Of a stretch of DNA of 64,000 bases, positions 50,738-63,580 are shown piece after piece. Location of the stretch: NCBI GenBank assembly GCA_976551045.1, contig CDPCPM010000180.1, positions 22,568,001-22,632,000 on the forward strand, given 5' to 3'. Source of the stretch: Glaucostegus cemiculus. Taxonomy: Eukaryota. The notes beneath the pieces were generated by a model. The model saw only the letters and a list, made by a program, of their open reading frames with translations, made no database searches and had not been told where the DNA came from. The number at the start of each line of letters is the position of its first letter. The stretch's first letter is position 1. Both the position numbers and the translations under genes were made by a program.

Positions 50738-51037
50738 GGGGCAGGCATGGTAGTGTAGCGGTTTGCATAATGCTATTACAGCACTAGTGACCCAGGTTCA
50801 ATTCCGGCCACTATCTGTAAGGAGTTTGTATGTTCTCCCTTTGTCTGTGTGGGTTTCCTTTGGGTGCTCCGGTTTCCTCCCACATACCAAAGATGTACAG
50901 ATTAGAAAATTGTGGGTATACTAAGTTGGCACCAGAAGTGTCGCGACTCTTGCAGGCTGCCCCAGAACACTCTACACAAAAGATGCATTTCACTGTGTGT
51001 TTTGATGTACATGTGACAAATAAAGAAATCTTATCTT
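50738..51037 (+). mobile_element. tRNA-derived V-SINE with a non-CR1 tail
   Basis: A-box-like TAGTGTAGCGG, B-box-like GGTTCAATTCC, V-domain 'gtgggtttcctttgggtgctccggtttcctcccac', tail 'tgtacatgtgacaaataaa'. Confidence 0.8.
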
Positions 51038-51429
51038 AAACTGGCTTTCATTCCAGTTCTGTAGGTTCTTGGAGTGGCTGGAGAGTCTAACCCTGCTGCA
51101 GGCAGGGCTGTTGGTACTTGACGTGGCTCAGGGAGGTCAGTGTGGGAAATTATCCATTCCTTTAGGTATATGCATGCACATACATAAGCAAATAAGGTAA
51201 CATACAGGCTATTGTGAACATGCAAAATACACACATATACTTAGATACATTTCCATGCAAGCAGACAAACTCATACATGAATATTTATGCAGACATACAC
51301 ACCCACATACATGCATGCATACCCACCTTCAATCAGAATATCCCCATTGCTAAAATTAAATGCCAAAGACTACAAAGGACCACATATGAAGGTTTTTATT
51401 TTATCATTTCTTTTCCTTTCCTCAAGGGG

Positions 51430-51680
51430 TCATAGAGTCAAAGAATATGGAGAAAGGCCCTTTGGCCCACTGAATCCATGCTGACCACAAGGCACCACTA
51501 CACAACACCAATCCCATTTTATTCTCCCCACGTTACTCTGAGCTTTCCTTTCCCCCCCCCCCCACACATTCCTAGTTAGATTCCATCATTCATCTGCACA
51601 CTAGAGGCAATTTGAAATGACTAATTAATCAACTAACCTGCATATCTTTGGTATTTGGAAGGAAACATAAGGAAACCCAA
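51430..51680 (-). mobile_element. Older V-SINE fragment with CR1-type tail
   Basis: 'aaaggccctttggcccactgaatccatgctgacc...taacctgcatatctttgg..ggaaggaaac'. Confidence 0.6.
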
Positions 51681-51967
51681 AGGAGGGTAAAGTCCTCTTC
51701 ACTGCAGCAGTGGCTAGTGATTGTAGGAGCAATTGATAACCAGCAGCATATTTAAACATGGTCATTTTATTACCCCAATTCCTCCAACCTGGCTTCTATT
51801 ACATTTTAATTGCACCCCTTGTAAAATTGTACCATAAAATCTCCTTCCTCACTCCAGCATTAATTTGAATTCACATCATATACTTCTACTACCTTGATAT
51901 ATTTGGAGGCAACATTGAATTTACTGCATCTACCACAGTAATAATTTCATCTATTTCTGTGGTGCTG

Positions 51968-52320
51968 AGGCATAGCGGTTATATAACTGAACTGACATCT
52001 GAAGAATGGGACAATCAATCCAGTGTTATCAGTTTAAATCTGACCATAACAGCTGAGGAATTTGAATTAAATAATTAAGTTAACAAGAAATTTTTGAAAA
52101 GCTAGTATTAGCAATGGTGACCATGAAATTACTGGACTGTAGTAACAAAATACATCTGGTATGTCAAAGTCCTTCAGGGAAAGATATCTGCTATCCTCAT
52201 AACATGTGCAAGAGACTTCAGAGTCATTTTGGTTGATCTTTAAACCCTCTTCAATTCAGATGCAATTAAGAATAAACAATAATATTGGTTTGTTAGTGGC
52301 ATCCATAGCCCACAAATTAA
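51968..52320 (+). mobile_element. Old tRNA-headed SINE (same family as 30670-30980)
   Basis: 'ggcatagcggtt...gctagtattagcaatggtgaccatgaaa...ccttcagggaaagatatctgct'. Confidence 0.55.
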
Positions 52321-52435
52321 CCATGCCTTTTTAAAGCTGCTGACCTTGAACATTAGAAATCTTTTTTAGTTATTGGCTCTGCACCATCTTCAGTGAATTC
52401 ACATACCTTTTGTGGTTTGGTGCCCAGAGCTGAAC

Positions 52436-53385
52436 CATCTTCTTAGGCAGTCCCTCAGGATTGTGGATGATGCAATTCCACTCCAGTTTTTTGGGTTCCG
52501 AGGTAGCTGATGAGACCAATGTGGGAAATGCGGCATCTGGGCTGGAGGTACCAGGTGAGGCAGATGGGTGGGTAGCTTGTAAGCTGGTGCAATCGTTCTG
52601 TTGCTTACTCAGAGCTTTTGTGCACTACCACCGTGCATGTGACATGACGGTTCTCAATACATCCTGAATGCTCCTTCTCCACCTTGAGTGACTGTGGGCC
52701 AAAAATTCTCAGGAGTCAGTGCGGATGTTGTATTTCTTCAAGGAAGCTTTGAAAACATCCTTGTATCTTTTCCTCTGTAAACGTGTAATCTCCTCCCACG
52801 ATAGAGCTCTGAATCAAGTGTTCATTTCAGGAAGCTGGTATCAGACCCGCCCAATATAACTGACTCTGCGTATTGAGGGCTTCAGTGTTAGGGATGGTGG
52901 CCTGGGAGAGAGTGCTACTGTTGGTTCAGTGAAATACATCATTTCCAGAGGATATTTTGGAGGAAGCATTGGTAGTAATTCTCTGAAGCATATGGGAGGA
53001 CAGGAATGATGGTTGCCCAGTAAACCATGAGTTTTGAGTCAGATCAGAGCTTGTGATCTTCAACTATCATTTTCCTCAAATGACCAAAGATTCTGCTGGT
53101 GCTTTGAAGTTGGTGGTGAATTTCTTTGTCAACGTCTACCTTCACCAAGAAGTTGCTCCCAAGATATCGGAAGTGGTCCATGCTTTCCAAAGTCTAGTGT
53201 GAACCTTTATTGCTAATGTGGTGCAGCGGGGGCAAGTTGCAGGAGGATTTGGTCATGAGGATATTGAGCACAAGGCCCATCCTCTTGTATGCTTCGGTGA
53301 ATTGTCAGCCACATCTTGGAGTCCATAATTGCCTTCTCACCCAGTCAACACTGACATTAGCAACCAGGAGATCAATGAAGTACCT
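52436..53385 (-). mobile_element. RTE-clade LINE 3' portion, degraded
   Basis: Minus-strand ESMDHFRYLGS, FGHLRK..KLMVYWATIIPVLPYASE and QRKRYKDVFK match RTE C-terminal motifs. Confidence 0.8.
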
Positions 53386-53489
53386 GCCCTGAAATCTGAA
53401 CTTTTATATACCGAGCTCCATTTTGCTTGACACCACCTTGTAAATTCCAAAATAATGTGAAGACAGAGATGGGGCTTGGGGTTGAAAAG

Positions 53490-54600
53490 TAAATAAGAAA
53501 TAGGAACAGGAATAAGCTGATTGGTCTTTTGTGACTGCACTGCCATTCCACAAGGTCATGGATGGACTTATACTGCAGCACCACATTCCTGTACCAGCCC
53601 CACATCCCTCAATTCCTTTAACATCCTCAATATCCCAAACAAAATCAGCCTCTTCCAGTGACCAGGTTGCCACGCTTCTGGGGAACAGAATTCCAAAAGG
53701 TGAAGAATTTTTTTTGCACCTTTCTGCTGAATAGCCAATGCCTTATTTTGAGACTGTGACTCTTAGTTTTAGAAAACTAAGGGCCTTATGCCTATGTTAT
53801 GTTGCATGTCTTATGAGGATAAGTAAAGTGAGCTAGGGCTTTTCTCTTTGGAGGATGAGGTGACCTGGTAGAGGTGTACAAGGTGATAAGAGCCAATAGA
53901 TCGAGAGGACAGTCAGAGACTTTTTCCCGGAGCAGAAATGGCTAACATGAGGGGGCATAATTTTTGGGTGATTGGAGAAAAGTACAGGGGGGATATCAGA
54001 GGTAAGTTTCTTTTACACAGAGTGATGGGTGCATGGAACACACTGCCAGAGATGTTGATAGAGGCAGATACATTAGGGACATTTAAGAGACTTTTAGATA
54101 GGCACATGGATGACAGAAAAATGGAGGGGTATGTGGGAGGGAATAGTTAGATTGATCTTACAGTAGGTTAAAAGGTCGGCACAACATCGTGGCCCAAAGG
54201 GCGGTACTGTGCTGTAATGTTCTAAAAAGCTCAGCCCGGTGTAACTTAGGAATTTTATACATTTCAATGTGATCGCATCTCAGTCTTCTAAACTTGAGTA
54301 CAGGCCCAGTCTGATTAATCTGTCTTTCCATGGCAAACCTGCCATCCCTGGAATCAATCCAGTGACCCTCCTCTGCACTCATTATCACAAGTACATCCTT
54401 TCTTAGGAATATAGAATCAAGACCTGCACAAAATGTCCAGACACAGCCCCATCAGGGTTCTATTTAATTGGAGCAAGACATCTTTACTCGTGTTCAAATC
54501 CTCTTATCATAAAGGCCAGAATACTGTTTACTTTCCAAATTGCTTGCTGAGCCTGCATATTAACTTTTAGTGACACCCTTCGAACAAACACCAAAACTTT
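53490..54600 (-). mobile_element. Old CR1 3' region, split by a younger CR1 fragment
   Basis: Minus tail from 'aagaaataggaacaggaat' runs to ~53780 and resumes at ~54230 (RRLRCDHIEMYKI). Confidence 0.65.
53795..54223 (+). mobile_element. CR1 3' fragment, same subfamily as 16969-17659
   Basis: Shares 'gcatgtcttatgaggata', 'atggctaacatgagggg' and 'gcagatacattagggacatttaagagact' with 17220-17520. Confidence 0.85.
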
Positions 54601-55714
54601 TCACTTCCTCAAAATCTGCCTTTTTTTCCTTAAGGAAAAATATTAAAAGGGAAACTATAGCTCCCATGTTACCAACACTTAAAACTTCAATGCATCAAAC
54701 AATATTTTAAAATATCTCTGAAGTGTCAAGATTCTGCTTGACACTTTAAATTCCATTGAAGAAACAAAAACAATTACAGATTTTCAATTAACGAGTGCCT
54801 CTTAAAATGAGTTTACACAAGAGTATTTTGTTTCCAGAATATTCAGAAGGAACTTAAGACACAGTGTAAATAGGATAATTATTAGCATGGGCCAAACAAC
54901 AGGGAATACAAAAATATTTCAATTCTCTTTTGAAATCATATGTCACTTTAGAACAAAATTCTTTATCAGTATTACTTTATTTAATTAAGTCGTCCCAGCC
55001 TTTAATAGCCCCAAGGTGAACAGTAGGGCCATTGACTGATGGGAGTGAGGGAGATTTCTGGGAAGGTAAAGAAATTCAGTGATTTCTCACCTCTACCAGT
55101 CAACTACTAATTCCAAATCCAGATACCTTTGTGCACAAGTTTGGATAAGGTGCAATTCCTCCCAGATAGCATACAGTCTTCACCTACAGGCCAAAACCCA
55201 GTGAAAATGCAGGGAAATTTTAAACCAAAATATAGTAGTCGATACAGAAGAATAGAAAGAATGCGAGTTACTTGTTCGTTGTAATGATTTTTTCAAAACC
55301 AATGGTTGCTTTCTTATACCCAAGACTGGTGCTGTGCAGTGACAGAAATGACAGTATGGTTTCATTGCTTCAGTTTGCAATTGTATCCAGTCATGTGAAT
55401 AGGATCATAGCACATATTCACCACAACCCTTTTCTAAGTATAGCATTCAACTGTTTGATGGACACAATCAAGGACCAGAGAAATGGTGCACAATCCAAAG
55501 GTGGTTATAATAAAATGAATTTGAGAGTCCTGATCTGGGTCGACATGAATTCCACAGTGGCACTGCTAACACCCAGTCACTCCAACACCTTCCTTTTTGA
55601 GAGATTTTATTAATTTATTAAACAGAGGTAAAAAAAATCAATTCCACCTATTTTTTCTCCTCTTTGTGTCACTTCCTTTGGGCAATCTTTATACTGTCTC
55701 AAAAAAAGTGAATC

Positions 55715-55915
55715 CTGAGTTCAAATGGAAATACTCAGCAGGTCAGGCAGTATCTGTGATTAGAGAAGTAATGTTAACATTTCAGATTGATGCTCCTTCA
55801 ACCAGTGCTAAAATAGCAAAAGATTTTCTCTTAACAAGTGCTACTTAACTAGCTGTGTATTCCCAGCACTTTGTTCTTATTTCAATTTTTAAGCATCTGC
55901 AGCTTTTTGATTTTC
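55715..55915. mobile_element. Degenerate fold-back PLE remnant
   Basis: 'ggaaatactcagcaggtcaggcagtatctgtg' followed by the inverted end 'cccagcactttg..gcatctgcag'. Confidence 0.55.
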
Positions 55916-56509
55916 ATTTACTTCATTTGAATTTTTCAAACTATATCTGTAGTGAAAATTCCTTCTGTCTGCATCTTGGCACATTTAAGCCCTCTCAAAA
56001 GTTAAAACTTCCTTGAAGGAATCATCTCTATTACTGTCGAGTTAATATTCAGGAATTCTTGGGCTATGACAGTACCACAAGCACCATAATACATGATGGG
56101 GAAAACCTCCAACATTATCATCACCCATTTATTGCTAAAGGATGCTATGGGTTCAACACCAGGCTGGGATAAAAAAAATTAATAAGCACAGGCTGATATT
56201 CTATTCATTTGTCATACAGCATTTCCAAAACAGAGCTTTACACTATTAGAACCTGGTTTGACAGGGATAATCCATAAACTGGATGTCTGACAGAAGATCA
56301 AAAGTGACAACTTTTAAAAAGTAATTTGCACATGAAAAAAGGGGAAACCTTTTTAAATGAAAAGCAGTTAAATATCGATTCACGTGGCTTCATAATTACC
56401 ATGCTACCAACAGAAGTTGATCATCAGAAATCTGACATTTGAAAGCCACAAAATTTTCTTGTGGTGAACTGGATGGACATTAATTGCAGAGAGAACTTCA
56501 GAGCATCTT

Positions 56510-56870
56510 CTACTTTGCAGCAGTAACAACCTCATCTCTGCTTCAGAGTGCTGTGGTTTAAATCTCATTCCAGCCACTCAAGCACAAAACAAAATGGCTG
56601 CCACTCCACTTAAGCATTGCGGGAGCAGCTCAGTGTCAGGAATGTCATCCTTCTCATATTAAACCAGGGTCCCATCTCTTTCATTGCATTATTTCTTAGA
56701 GGCCTGATGAACTATCCAATGAATAGAAGATAATCTTGGTTATAATTACATTATTGTTCTTTGAATCTTGAAAGCTCTGTGTTTTCTACATTATAATCAT
56801 GGCTACACTTTCAATGTATTGTATTAGCAGCAAAGTTGTTTTAGCATCCCAAGTACAGGACAGGTATTAT
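56510..56870 (+). mobile_element. Degenerate Deu-SINE-like element
   Basis: tRNA-like head 'gtggtttaaatctcattccag', then 'attaaaccagggtccc' and the tail 'ggctacactttcaa'. Confidence 0.5.
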
Positions 56871-58260
56871 AAAAAAATATATAATAGAAATGAAAGGGTT
56901 CCATTTTCTATCTTTGAGTTATTTTGGAGGCTAAATTCATCTTGCATCAAATACTCACTTCATCTGTGATGCTAGGACACCATTCCAACACACTCACTCA
57001 CCACATCTACATTTTCAGAAATCAAATGATAATGGATTCACCATCTATACTCTTTATACCTTTACAATTACATCCAGTGCAGAAAGATTCAAAGCAGACT
57101 AAGGGTCCAATGCTGAAAAGAGAAAAGAAGTTGCTATCATCCTGCCCTGATGCAGCCTGTTTGACGCATGGTTAGTCTAACACCTGCTAACTTCCCTTGA
57201 GATTTTAGCAGCACTGTGTTATTAATAGCTGCTGATGCATACCACATCTCATCTGCCTTGCTTGGTATAGGGTTATTAACTCTGATTGGGTGTTTTCTGG
57301 AGGCTTCATCATATGAGCTCTGACACTGAACCACAGTGCCCTACTTTCCTGCCATCTCCAGGCACACTGCTTCTCCCAACCAGTTGGAAAGTAACTCTGC
57401 TATCCAACAGATTGATCTTAGCTCGGTAAAACAACCTTTCCTTTCCCATCTTTCCAATGTTTTCTTGAAAAAGTTAGAAGTTTTCTATGAAAATGAAGAA
57501 AAATAATTATTTCCCCTTAATGCATTATGTTTACTCAGAGAACTAACCTTGAAAAGATCCCTAACAGATTAGCAACCCTACCTTCAGCTAATATCAAGTC
57601 AGTCATTGTTAATGAACCAATAACTTCATTGACCTTGGACATTTTGGCACACCTAGAAAACATTGTCATGCCTTTCAAGATAATGTGTTCCAATTGGGAC
57701 CTGTACACCAACTTTTTTGTTGAATTCTGGACTTTTTAGCTGGCATGCAAGGTCAGACAGGAGAAACAGCAACGTTCCACAATGTAAATCTTTCCATGCT
57801 GTTTCAACTCCTTCTCTGTTATCCTGGTGAACTGTGTCAGCTTGGGAGGTTTCCAACCTAACTTTGAACAGACTCATTAAAGCTTGCAAAAGACGCCTAC
57901 AACTCCGTGGGGATTAAGCAAGCTCATTACAATGGAATGGTTTGTTTGTCAGCTATGGCCATTTCAAGTTGGCTTTTAGGGAAATAATTGCCTCACCGTA
58001 GGAAGCCTTTAATTGAACACCTGCTTCAGCTCTCTGATTCTTAAATGTCGATTTTAATTCACAAAAGTTCTTGCTGAGAAAACTTCCAAAATTTTCTTTC
58101 CTGAAAACAGAGACCTTTAATCTTCAAAATATATTAAGTGTTAAGTTTTATTTAAATTGCACACTGTTAATTTCCCTTTCCTCCCATACATCCATACCAT
58201 CCTCTGCTTCAAAGAGCAGATACATATTGACTGCGTAATACACATTTACCTGCTGGTGTA

Positions 58261-58505
58261 AAATAAACTGCTGGAAGAACTCAGCGGGTCAAGCAGCGTC
58301 TGCAGAAGCAAAAGGATGGTCGACATTTTGGGTCGAGACCCTGCATCAGGACTTAAATGACCCTCTCAATGCAGGGTATCAATACGAAACATTGACCATA
58401 CCTTTGCCTCCACAGACGTTGCTTGATCTACCGAGTCTTACAGTAGTTTATTTATTTTTTGCTCCAGAATTTATATTCCAGCATCTGAAGTCTCTTGTCT
58501 CTCAA
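58261..58505. mobile_element. Fold-back PLE-derived insertion (two ~90-bp inverted arms)
   Basis: 58261-58351 is the approximate reverse complement of 58364-58453. TSD-like repeats tacctgctggtgta (58247-58260) and tacttgctagtgta (58506-58519). Confidence 0.78.
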
Positions 58506-58779
58506 TACTTGCTAGTGTATACTGGGATATGTTGCTCCCTTTTCTGAGATGGCAAATGAGGGGAATTCAATTCTAACAATTCTGTATTTTTGTCCAATGT
58601 AACTATGATCACTGTCCACATGGTTCACTGTTCTGTTCCGGTGTATCCTTTCAGCTTACAAGCTAATCAACCTAAAATTCCAAATCTCCCAATGAATCCC
58701 AGGGAAATGGGATAAGTGTCATCTGTACCACTTTTCTTTGAGGATCACACTAGCTTCTTGCCCAAGTTATGCAGCTCAT

Positions 58780-59210
58780 TGGGAGATCCAAGGTTTCTTA
58801 ACAGATTGGAAGTGAAAAGGATATTTTTCCTCATGGGAGAACCTGGAATTAGGTGTCACCAATGTAAAGGAAAAAGGACTTGACTGTCCAAGACACCAAA
58901 CGAGGGAATTTTTTTTCTCTCAAGAGGTTGTTTTTGGAACTCGCCTGGAAGGGCAGTGGAAGCAGAGCTGTTGAATATTTTTAAGACAGAGAAACAGATA
59001 CTTGATTACCAAGGGAGCAAAATGTGACTAGTGTGAGGTGGGAATGTGGAGTTGAGGTTACAATGCGAACACACAAGATAGGATCAGGAATAGGCCACCT
59101 CGTTCCTGAAGCCTGGCTCGCCATTTAACATGACCAGCCGTGACTTTATTTAATGGCAGAGCAGGCTCAAAGGATCTAGTGGCCTTCCAGCTGTTAATTT
59201 GTACTTTCAT
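58780..59210 (+). mobile_element. Old CR1 3' fragment
   Basis: 'aattttttttctctcaagaggttg..tggaactc..gcagtggaagc..aatatttttaag' plus tail. Confidence 0.65.
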
Positions 59211-62200
59211 GGATCCCTAGTGCATAATTCAGACCAGCATGCCCAGCGCCTCACATACCCAGTCCAGATCATCAACTAGAGCTGTGAATACAGCTATCAG
59301 CTGTTCACCTTTACAGGTTCTAAAAAAGCTTAGAGAGTGAATTAGTTACTCAAGTAATAGCATTAGGCTATCTAAAACAAATACCTTATGTACACAAATG
59401 ATAATAGAACTCCTTTCAAGCACCCCTCCCCTCTCTCTATTACTTTTCTTCAATCAGTGATAATGTCCTGAAACATCTTTGAAGCAGGGAGCTGCTGAAC
59501 TTTAACTATAAACTGGACCGGTAACACAAATTTCCTTGGGAAAGTCAACTCCAACCTGAGGGACGAGGCCTTGGTTACTGCAGGGCCCTCTGACATTCAC
59601 AAACATTTAATGTATGGTGAGGTCGTAAATAGTTAAATTTAAAATAAAAGGTGTAGAATATTTTAAAACAATTAATCACGTTAAATCAACACATGTTGTC
59701 TGAAAATTACTTCCATGGAACCACTGAAGTGAATGGAGGGACAGAAAATGCATCAGGTCCAACCTATGTAGGTTCAGCAGGAAAATGCAGAAATCTGCTT
59801 AGTGATGGTAAAATGCTCAGTACTTCTGCATTTATACATCATATGGAATTGCTAGTAGAAGCTCTGGACTGTTAAAGGCAAGAGCTTTAGGACAAGTTAT
59901 CAAACAGTCCACACAGGTATCCATTTTCATTTTCCAGTAATGGTTCGAACAAAAGAACAACTTCAAATTTCATCATGACAGCTTGAAAATTTGCTCTTAG
60001 GTCTAAAAAAAAGCCTGGAAATAAAATCTGGTAAAAGTTTCAGGAAGGTGTTAGACTGAAAACCCAAATGGATCACTAATGCCTTTTTTGGGCAAGAAAT
60101 CTGCATCTTTACCCCATCAGGTATTAAGTGACTGACTAGACATAGACGATGCTCAATGGTCCTTTGCTCTATCAGATAACTTCCTTAGATGCAAAGTTTA
60201 ATTACAAGCAGTTCTATTATAGCTTATCCAATTCACCTACCAATGACATATGCCTTTTACAAGTCCAACTTGGCTCAAAACACTCTAAAGTCAAAGTTCT
60301 CTTTAGTGTATCCTTGTATAAAACTTTCCACATTATTGACTGCTGTAGTATTCACAAATAATAATGTTGGCCAAGACTCCTAACATTACAGTGAATACAA
60401 TGCCCTTGGTTTTGAACAGTTGCAACCTACAATTATCCCACTGAACAGTGAAGGTACCAGCATTTACACTGCCTCTAAGTAATCCTAAATCCAAGGTAAT
60501 CCAACATTTCATTGTGTAGGTCAAATAATAGCAACCTTGAAGCTAAATCATGAATCCAACCAAACACACTGCTTTTGTAAGGTGATGCCATATTTTAAAT
60601 ACATCAATCACAATTACTCAGACAATTCAGTAATGTTACCATCATGCTCATTTTAAAGAAGTTCAATGCAACATTCTGCTCTAATTTGCTGAAGCTTCTC
60701 TTCTGTCATTTTTGTTATAATTTTCTGTATCCATTCATAGCAGTATTAGCAATCTTCCTCCATATTTCCATTCCAAAGTTTGCAATGAGTCCAGGCTGGT
60801 GCTGGTTGTACATTAGTGACAAGTACCAAAGTCAATAAGTGTGCACTTTCAATGTTCAGTGTTAATATCTGTGTTGATAATGCTGGCTTGTATACAAAAC
60901 AACAAATACAAAAAAGAGAGGTTTGTGTTTATGAATGCACCTCACATACAATGAATTACTTTGAAGTGCAGTGCCAGTTGTTAGGTCAGGTTGGTGTCAT
61001 TGCTTCAACCAAAAGAACATGATAACATGTAGATAGTGAGTGCCCCAGCTATTGAGATAAGCAAGGCAAGGCAATACTTTGTCACCCTTTTATTTTGAAG
61101 GCTTCCTAGGTGATGTGCTGCATACCATTACAAGGACTGGATCTGGAATGTCTACTACAGGCATTCAAAAAATCCTGTCAGTTCCATATTTGACAGAAAA
61201 TATTGAATTATCAGGCCCACCCGGGGATCTGATGGGACATGCCCAACTGAGCGAGCATCCTCAAATGTACAATCGTGATTCAAAAAGACAGCCTGGAATG
61301 TGATCACATAGTGCAAGTTTTCTGGCATTCGAGGCTCTCATAAGATCTGAAAACTGTACAGGATCCAAATTAGTTGATAATATTGTGCTGTGTGCACAGA
61401 AGAATTTGATTCTGCAGTTCCATTTGGGTCAACAGCACATACTCAAAGCATGCAAAGTGTGCATTAATTGTTACACAGTGCAGACTTGGTGCCTGTCCCA
61501 TCAAATTGGTCAAAATGCCACTGGTAAAATGTGGGTAGTACACAGGAGAGCAAGTCTGAACAGAACATGGTACCAGGTCATTATGTTGCTTTGAAGGATT
61601 ATTAATTACTTCTAAGCTTTATTAAGAATTCAAATGGAGGAAATATCATTAGAATCAACTGGACGATACTGTGCCTGGAGGTGCAATCAATGAGTTGAAT
61701 TTCAATCTTTCCTGAGATGAAGCTTTTATTTTTTTAAAATGTGATCCTACAGGGCTTCGAACACAACCAAGGTCAGGGAGCATATGGAGGCAAGCATCCC
61801 CCCCCCCACCCCCTTCCAAAGGAGGGTGCGGTTTGGTGAGAAAGGGTACCTAAATTCAGGGAGGGGGAGGAAGAAAAGCTCTGGCCAAAGTGGCCTATCT
61901 TCTAAGAGCTCCTACTCCTATCTAGGTTTAAGTCTTTGGTTGTTCATTGGCTATAAACCACAAATGCTGCTTGACCTGCTCAATATTAGTATCATTTATT
62001 ATTTTCCATTTTGTACAATTAGTTATACTCATTGGGGAATTTGAAAGCAGAATCTCTCTGGGGTCATGCTGAGAGAGTCCAGGAAGATAGATGTGGTAAT
62101 GCAAAAATGAGAATCAAATCAATTCTTAATGGCATGTTCAATCATCCATTTAGTGTGGCATGAAGACTGCAACAATCAAGACCATAGCAAAAAGCTTGAT

Positions 62201-62714
62201 CAGGCAGCTTGGTTCAATGATAGAACCTTAACAACGATAGTTTATGTGGAATTCCTCCAACTCAGCTTGGGAGATTCACTTAGGGTGATTGTAGCTAAAC
62301 TAATCGCTATTAAACTTTGTTAGAATCCTCTAATTGATTCAACTCCAATAGTATTCCTTTACATACTAAACAATGCTTGTAATAACCTTCTCAAAACTTG
62401 CTTGATTTCTGTGAGGAGAAAGTGTGCCCTTCAACCTGAAAAGTCTATGGGCTTTCTCACGATCTGGTTCAGGAACTCAAATATGATTATGGGTTGTAAC
62501 ATATTAAACATCCACTTAACAAAAAATAATAATAAATATGAAAATGTCAGTGTTTGCCTGACCCAAGGCAAACTAATAATGACAACTCTACTAAGTATTG
62601 CTCATGTATTGATGTTACATGAGTGAAGGAATACAAATAACTGGGAAATCCTAAAATCTCATTTATATTACAATGCAAACAAACAGAATGATGAAACAAT
62701 ATCAGTCACCTGTA

Positions 62715-62720
62715 TTTATT
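62715..62720 (-). terminator. Candidate polyadenylation signal AATAAA
   Basis: Minus strand AATAAA, then CA about 23 nt downstream, then a GU/U-rich element (TTCTGTTTGTTTG). Lies ~760 bp after the candidate stop at 63477. Confidence 0.4.
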
Positions 62721-63476
62721 TCGGAATACCAATATTGTTCTGGTCGAGGTGTTACTAGATTCACTTCATTCATGAAGACTTTAAGGTGACACATTCATGC
62801 TGAGACTTTTGTGAACTACGACATTCTCGTATTTATCAAATAAATCTGGCTGTGCAGAGAACAGCATATTCTTAACAATACTGCTGAGCAGAAGTTATTT
62901 GAGATGGCATGGGTTTCCAATTAAATCACCAATGCATTGCTCTAAGGTTTGTTTGGTTTTACAGCTCTCTGCCTGCCTGACAACTATGTGGATTGGAGCA
63001 TATAATAAGCCATACAAAAGTGTATACACCAAGCCCAACCTTACCAAGCTCACTGCACTCAAAACACATCATATTGTTACCTCAGTGGTTTGAATACCCA
63101 AGTTGATCAGGTTCAGAAGTCCAACGTCAACAATAAAAATCAAAGTAGTAGCAGATCTAATAGAATAACAATATTTAAAATGCAGAACATGCACCGACTT
63201 TTCAACCAAATTTATGTACTGTAACTCCACTTCAATGATCTTTTCCAAAATCTTTTAATGTAATTTACAAGGTAGTTAGTGCTTTCCCTTTAAACGATGA
63301 CAAAACATCCTACATGGAGAATTCTTCAGAAATCTCCCTTGTTCCTTCAACAAGCAATCAGAGATAATGAACTGGACCTTACTGGCACAGGCTTAACATC
63401 TGCAAACATTATACATCCAGACTCAGCTGATTCAAACACAGAAACCCCATCTTGAAAGGCTGAAGTGTGCTGGATT

Positions 63477-63580
63477 TTAGTAATGTAGAAACAGGGACTC
63501 CATTAGTGGGGTGAAGGAGCCCTTCTCCTGAAGTGCAATTGTAACCTTTGGCAGCTGATAAAGCCCCCTCTCCCAAAAAG
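63477..63580 (-). CDS. Candidate terminal coding exon of an unidentified host gene: (x)FWERGLYQLPKVTIALQEKGSFTPLMESLFLHY*
   Basis: Strong acceptor (atgctcatatcttttgcag), locally higher GC, protein-like 33 aa ending in TAA, followed by repeat-poor AT-rich UTR-like DNA. Protein not recognised. Confidence 0.45.

Noticed and set aside
54721-54746. Perfect 10-bp inverted repeat aagtgtcaag/cttgacactt
   Set aside because: A single short hairpin with no supporting context.
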